Assembly: GCA_050950285.1 (NCBI GenBank)
Contig: JBMNHG010000003.1
Location: 372,001 to 428,336 of the forward strand
DNA: 56,336 bases
Reading direction: 5' to 3'
From: Kiritimatiellia bacterium
Lineage (GTDB): Bacteria; Verrucomicrobiota; Kiritimatiellia; RFP12; JBMNHG01
In this document: positions 51,637 through 56,336 of the stretch, one piece after another
Layout of the letters: the number at the start of each line of letters is the position of its first letter
How positions within the stretch are numbered: the stretch's first letter is position 1
Position numbers and translations under genes: made by a program
Notes under the pieces: generated by a model
What the model was told of the DNA's origin: nothing
Databases searched by the model: none
Seen by the model: the letters and a program-made list of their open reading frames with translations, nothing else

Positions 51637-53646
51637 TCATTCGGCTTGGGGCGGTTCGGCGGTTGCCGGCTCGTTTGGGGCGACGGGGCCGGGGCGGACG
51701 ATTCCGGTGCGGAGGCTCCATTCTTCGGTGGGGACGGAGGCGTCGGCGGGCGTGGAGACGAGGGTGGGCGTCACGAAGATGAGCAGGTTGGTCTTCTTCT
51801 CGACGTCGCTCTTGTAGCGGAAGAGCCATCCCAGCAGCGGGATGTGCCCGAGGATGGGGATGCGGTTGTCCACGACCTGCCGGTCGGTGCGCGTGAGGCC
51901 GGCGATGACGATGGTCTGGCGGTCGGGCACGGTGACGGTGGTGGTGGCGGAGCGTTTCGAGATGGTGGGCGTGTAGGCGTCGCCGCCGGTGTTGGAGAGG
52001 ACCGACTCGATGCTGGGGTTGAGTTCCATGCGCACGAGGCCGCCGGGGATGACGTGCGGGGTGAGCTTGATTTTCACGCCCACCTCCTGGCGCTCGATGT
52101 TCTGGATGTAGTCGCGGGAGGCGCCGGAGCCGCCTTCGACGGTGGATTTCAGGATGGGGATTTCGTCCACGATGCCCACGGTGGCCTCGATGTTGTCCTG
52201 CGCCTGGAGGGCGGTTTCGGAGACGATGTTGACGTTGCCGGCCTGTTTGAGCGCCTCGATGTCGAGGATGCCGGGGTAGGCCACGATGGGGTTTCCTTCG
52301 GAATCGGTGCCGGTGGCGTGGGCCACGGCCAGGCTGAGGCCCTGGGGGAGGACGCCGGCGGCGGCGTTGCCGACGAGGTCGGCGCCGGGGGGGTCGGCGA
52401 AGAGGCGGCTTCCGCCGCTCACGCGGGTCTGGCCTTTTTTGCCGGGCGCGTTGAGGGCGGTGAATCCGACGCCCCAGGTGAAGCCGTCGGTATCGGCGAC
52501 CTCGGCGATCATCACGGAGATGTGCACCTGGGCGGGGGCGCGGTCGAGTTGTCCGGCGAGGGTGCGCACCACCTCGAAGTCGCTGGGGGAGGCGTCGACC
52601 ATCAGCGCGTTGTTCGCGGTGGACGCCTCCACGGCGATGCGGCGCGCGTCCTTGGCGTCGGCGGCCTTCGCGGCGTTCTTTTCCAGCAGGGAGGTGATGG
52701 ATTGGGCGGCTTCCCCGGCGTCGATGTAGTGGAGGAAGATGGCGTTGAGGTGGCCTCGTCCGGTGGGGGCCTCGACGTCGAGGGAGGCCACCAGCGCGCG
52801 GAGCTTGTCGATCTGCGCCTGGGATCCCACGAGGATGACGCTGTTCGCGTGCGCGGCGGGGACGACGCATCCGCTGCGGAGGGCGGAGGAGGGGTTGACT
52901 CCGGGTGCGGCGGGGATGCGGGCGGCGGTGGCGGCGCCGCGGGATTCGCCTTCGGCCATGGCGGCGTTCACCTGGGCGGCGATGGTGGCGGCGTCGGCGG
53001 CCTTCAGGGCGACCACCTCGGTGAGGCGCGCCTGTCCGGGGCGGTCGATCTCCTCCAGCAGGGCGGCCACGCGGGCGAGAATGGCGGCGCCATCGGTGAC
53101 GATCACCTGGTTCGCCTCCTCGAGCACGCCGATGCCTCCCTTGCGGGCGCCGCTCGCCTCGAGCAGGCGGCGGACGTCGTCGGCCGGGATGTGCTGGAGG
53201 CGGAAGACGCGGGTGACGAGTCCGGTGCCGGGGTCGTCGTCCGAAGCCAGCGCGCCGGTGCCGATGGAAAGGGCGCCTTCGGGCATGCGCACGATGCGGG
53301 CGACGTCCGCGTCCTCCACCACGGAGAGGTTCGCGGAGGCGAGCACCGAGAGGAAGAAGGGATAGACCTCGTCCGGCGGGAGGCGGCTCTGCCCCTTGTC
53401 CGGGAAGACCACGGTGAAGGTGGCCTCGACGTCTCCGGCCACGGCGAAGCGGCGTCCGGTCACGTCCGAAACCATCTGCGCGAAGGCGCGCACGTCGATG
53501 CGGTCGAGCGTGCTGAGGTTCAGCCCGGCCTCCGGCGGGAGGGGGAGGTTGTCCGGCGCGGTTCCGCGCGGCGCTTGCGCGGCGTCTTGCGCAAGGAGCG
53601 AGGCGGCAACGAGAAGGGCGAGGGGGGCGAGGGCGAAGGGTTTCAT
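51637..53646 (-). CDS. gspD: Type II secretion system secretin
   Basis: N0 domain (FAQMVSDVTGRRF), repeated N domains, LDRAPAQVHI, VGVKIKLTPHV, IPILGHIPLLGWLFR, NLLIFVTP. Confidence 0.92.
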   Translation of the reverse strand: MKPFALAPLALLVAASLLAQDAAQAPRGTAPDNLPLPPEAGLNLSTLDRIDVRAFAQMVSDVTGRRFAVAGDVEATFTVVFPDKGQSRLPPDEVYPFFLSVLASANLSVVEDADVARIVRMPEGALSIGTGALASDDDPGTGLVTRVFRLQHIPADDVRRLLEASGARKGGIGVLEEANQVIVTDGAAILARVAALLEEIDRPGQARLTEVVALKAADAATIAAQVNAAMAEGESRGAATAARIPAAPGVNPSSALRSGCVVPAAHANSVILVGSQAQIDKLRALVASLDVEAPTGRGHLNAIFLHYIDAGEAAQSITSLLEKNAAKAADAKDARRIAVEASTANNALMVDASPSDFEVVRTLAGQLDRAPAQVHISVMIAEVADTDGFTWGVGFTALNAPGKKGQTRVSGGSRLFADPPGADLVGNAAAGVLPQGLSLAVAHATGTDSEGNPIVAYPGILDIEALKQAGNVNIVSETALQAQDNIEATVGIVDEIPILKSTVEGGSGASRDYIQNIERQEVGVKIKLTPHVIPGGLVRMELNPSIESVLSNTGGDAYTPTISKRSATTTVTVPDRQTIVIAGLTRTDRQVVDNRIPILGHIPLLGWLFRYKSDVEKKTNLLIFVTPTLVSTPADASVPTEEWSLRTGIVRPGPVAPNEPATAEPPQAE

Positions 53647-53653
53647 CCCCGGA

Positions 53654-53662
53654 ACGATACCA
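53654..53662 (-). promoter_or_regulatory. Extended -10 (TG-G-TATCGT) 7 nt upstream of the gspD ATG; probable leaderless transcript
   Basis: Minus strand reads AATGGTATCGTTCCGGGGATG. Confidence 0.5.
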
Positions 53663-53764
53663 TTTGCGAAAGGGGGTGACAAGGGCGCACCGTTCCGGCC
53701 CCGGGATCCTTGCCGTTCGCCGTTCGCCCGCGGAGACCGCAGTCCCCAGTTGTGCCCGATCCGG

Positions 53765-54286
53765 CTAGGCCGGCGGGGATGTCCGTTTGCTCCGATAATC
53801 GGCAAGGATTGCCTCGGTGACGATGGACGCGCCCATGGCGGCGGCGACGGCGGCGAGGTCGATCCCCTGTTCCTTGGCCAGCCGTCTTGCCTTGGGCGTG
53901 GCGCGCACTGCGGCGGGGGCCGGGGCGGGCGGTGGGCCGGCGGGGGATCCGCCATTCCGGGAGGACGGCGCCGGAGCGGTGGCGCCGGATTCGTCGGCGG
54001 CCTTCCGGACGAGTTCGCGGTTGATATCCGGGATGGAGGGATCGACTTCGCCGGGTTCGCCGATCAGCGCGAGGATGTAGCCGACGGGGACGATGCTCCG
54101 GGGCGGGGCGAAAATCTCGAGCAAGACGCCGTCGCAGGGGCATTCGAGGTCGAAGACGGCCTTGTCGGTGGTGACCTCGGCGAGGAGTTCCCCCTTCTCG
54201 ACGTGGTCGCCCGGACTGCGCCGCCATCCGGTCACGGTGACGTCCACGAGGTTGGCGTCGAGCAGGGGCACGGTGAAGCGGGTCAT
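53765..54286 (-). CDS. Stand-alone lipoyl domain plus E3-binding domain protein (173 aa)
   Basis: GDHVEKGELLAEVTTDKA, Ala/Pro linker, ATPKARRLAKEQGIDL; no acyltransferase domain before the stop. Confidence 0.85.
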   Translation of the reverse strand: MTRFTVPLLDANLVDVTVTGWRRSPGDHVEKGELLAEVTTDKAVFDLECPCDGVLLEIFAPPRSIVPVGYILALIGEPGEVDPSIPDINRELVRKAADESGATAPAPSSRNGGSPAGPPPAPAPAAVRATPKARRLAKEQGIDLAAVAAAMGASIVTEAILADYRSKRTSPPA

Positions 54287-56336
54287 CAGGGTTCCTCCAG
54301 GGGGGCGGGTTCGGCGGGGGGAAGGTTTTCCGCCTCGGTGTAGCTGGCGGGGGGGACGGGGACGAAGCGTGGCGGGGCGAGGTTCCCGGCGCGGTCCTTG
54401 ACGCGCACCTCGATCCATCCGACGTTGTCGGGGAGCTTCATGCGGGCGGGGCGGAGCGAGAGTTCGGCGGAGGAGCCGCCCTCCCAGGCGACTCCTTCGA
54501 TGCCGCTGGCGTCGTAGGCGTTGAGGGTGAAGAGGAGTTCGGGCGTCCAGGCGGAGAGGACGGCGGCGGCGCGAATCCGCAGCGCGTACGAGGCGTCGCC
54601 GGGCATGGCGATCGAGAAATCCCGGAGGGGGGGCGCTTCGTCCAGGCCGGTGGCGTCGCGCAGGAAGGCATCGACATCGATGACGAGGTTGCGCCAGGCG
54701 CCGGACTTCCAGCCCGTTCCGCCGGCGGCCACGACCCAGGGCGGATCCGCGCCCTCGGCGGCGGGCAGGGGAATCGCGAAGGGGGCGTTCCCGGCGGGCC
54801 GCTTCGCTTCGGCGGGGAGGTGCTGCGGGTTGAAGAGGAGCGTCATCGGCGGCACGCCCGGTTCTTTGGGCAGGCCGATCGTGCACACGCTGATGGCGAG
54901 GTACGGATGGGCGGAAGGCTGCCACGGTTTCTGCGGGAAGGTGCGGGTGACCGATGCGTCCTTTGCGTCCTGGACGGCGCGAAGCTCCAGCACGGGGATG
55001 TCGTTGGTGACGATCGGCACGACGTGCATGCTCTTGGGCACTCCGCCGACGAGTTCGCGGGGCTGTCGGATCTCGAGCGCGTGCCAGAAGAAGTTCGTGC
55101 CGATGCGCGGGGGCTGCACGGTGGGCGGCGTCGTGTCCGACGCGTAGTCGATGGGAATCTGCGCGGTGTGGTTCGCGGGAGCGTTTCCGGCCGCGTCGGA
55201 GAGGTTCGTGAACTCCACGGAAAGCACGTCGCCATCGCGCGAGGCCTGGATTTCGCGGCGGAGGATGGACGGCCAGTCGAGGTTGAAGACGACGCCGTCG
55301 GGGCTGTACGCGGCATGGCCCTGCACGCGGGAGAGGTCGATGTCCCGCCCCTTGCAGGCGACGCGCAAGGTTTCGAAGCGCGGGAGCGAGCCGCCGAAGG
55401 TGTGGAAGGTGACGCGGAGCGACGTGCCGTTGTTGACGCCCGGCGTGGGGACCACGGCGCTTTCGACGGTGATGGGGCGGCGGTCGAGGAGGAAGGGCAC
55501 GTCGGTGGGCTCCGACCAGGCGCCTTGGCCGTCCATGGCGGCAAGCACGAAGTGGTGGACGCCGTCCTGGAGGTGGCCCAGGAAGGGGGTATGGGGGGCG
55601 TCGTTGGTGATGGCGAACCAGGGCGCGCCTCCGGGGCTCCCGTTGGCGGCCGGGGGGGCGGCGGGGCGTGCCGCCCACGGCTCGGGGCCTTCGACCACGG
55701 CGAACAGCACGGCGGAGACGCCGTCGGGATCGGCGAAGCGGGGGGTCACGACGAGCGGCAGTTCGGGGCCGACCACGGGGCCTCCGGCGACGGAGTCGAC
55801 GTCGATGAAGCTGTAGAGGCCGGTCTGGTCGTGGCTGGCGAACGAGCCGATGACGAGGTCGCAGGGCTGCACGGCGTAGCCGTTTCGGAAGGGGCGCGGG
55901 GCGATGGCGTCGGAGAGCATGCCCATCCAGGTCCGCCAGGATTCGCGCGGTTCGCCGGGCGGGTCCGCAAGGTCCGGCTCCAGCGCGGGGGGCGGGGAGG
56001 CGAAGCGGACGGGGACCGCCTGCGGGAAGGGTTCGGCGAAGGCGGCGGTGCCGTAGCCGATGGCCTGGAGCGAGACGCACGGGAGCGGCCCGCCGCGGCG
56101 GTAGCGGAACTGCACGAGGGGCGTGGAGCCGAGGTCGATCAATCCCGGCGCGAGCGAGGCCTGCAGGCGGCCGGGGGCGCCGTTGTTCGCGATGCGCAGG
56201 AACGACCCGAAGGGGTACGCCGCATCGCCCATGAGGCGCGGCGGCTGGCTGCGCTGGTGGCTTGCGGCGAGCAGGGGGGAGCGGCCTTCAAAGCCCTGGT
56301 AGAAGCCGCGCTCCACGCGCATGGAGAGCAGCACGG
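54286..56336 (-). CDS. Large hypothetical protein, 5' end outside the window
   Basis: Open for more than 680 codons; Ig-like strands (DGVHHFVLAAMD, VRVKDRAGN); stop overlaps the lipoyl gene start (TGATG). Confidence 0.7.
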   Translation of the reverse strand, partial: VLLSMRVERGFYQGFEGRSPLLAASHQRSQPPRLMGDAAYPFGSFLRIANNGAPGRLQASLAPGLIDLGSTPLVQFRYRRGGPLPCVSLQAIGYGTAAFAEPFPQAVPVRFASPPPALEPDLADPPGEPRESWRTWMGMLSDAIAPRPFRNGYAVQPCDLVIGSFASHDQTGLYSFIDVDSVAGGPVVGPELPLVVTPRFADPDGVSAVLFAVVEGPEPWAARPAAPPAANGSPGGAPWFAITNDAPHTPFLGHLQDGVHHFVLAAMDGQGAWSEPTDVPFLLDRRPITVESAVVPTPGVNNGTSLRVTFHTFGGSLPRFETLRVACKGRDIDLSRVQGHAAYSPDGVVFNLDWPSILRREIQASRDGDVLSVEFTNLSDAAGNAPANHTAQIPIDYASDTTPPTVQPPRIGTNFFWHALEIRQPRELVGGVPKSMHVVPIVTNDIPVLELRAVQDAKDASVTRTFPQKPWQPSAHPYLAISVCTIGLPKEPGVPPMTLLFNPQHLPAEAKRPAGNAPFAIPLPAAEGADPPWVVAAGGTGWKSGAWRNLVIDVDAFLRDATGLDEAPPLRDFSIAMPGDASYALRIRAAAVLSAWTPELLFTLNAYDASGIEGVAWEGGSSAELSLRPARMKLPDNVGWIEVRVKDRAGNLAPPRFVPVPPASYTEAENLPPAEPAPLEEP

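Overview
High-GC bacterial chromosome segment, by inference from a PVC-superphylum organism (Kiritimatiellae/Verrucomicrobia-like: exosortase, S/T-N-rich secreted proteins, a ...PGTxxxxR C-terminus). Contents, start to end: (1) 1-10942, minus strand: a translationally coupled cluster of two helical-repeat proteins, a sulfatase-family protein, a LamG/DxDGDG protein, a signal-peptide Rhs toxin with an HExxH C-terminus, and an immunity candidate that the ORF track missed. (2) A 634-bp internally deleted IS with terminal inverted repeats, then amrS. (3) A lower-GC polysaccharide island at 13229-19083 in which a CapK/PaaK-like ligase is coupled to an opine dehydrogenase. (4) SGNH hydrolase, ABC exporter, exosortase-EpsI, CapD-like dehydratase, MBL hydrolase and hom. 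(5) A second Rhs locus with a Tle1/DUF2235-type lipase toxin, two tandem lipoprotein immunity genes and a toxin-less duplicate core, preceded by a decayed copy of the first locus's leader. (6) GT4, GH2, a GH95-like hydrolase, clpB, a large secreted passenger-like protein, a lone secretin, a stand-alone lipoyl/E3-binding protein and a partial large ORF. No rRNA, tRNA, CRISPR array or reverse transcriptase was seen. All family calls come from motif recognition by eye; no database search was run.
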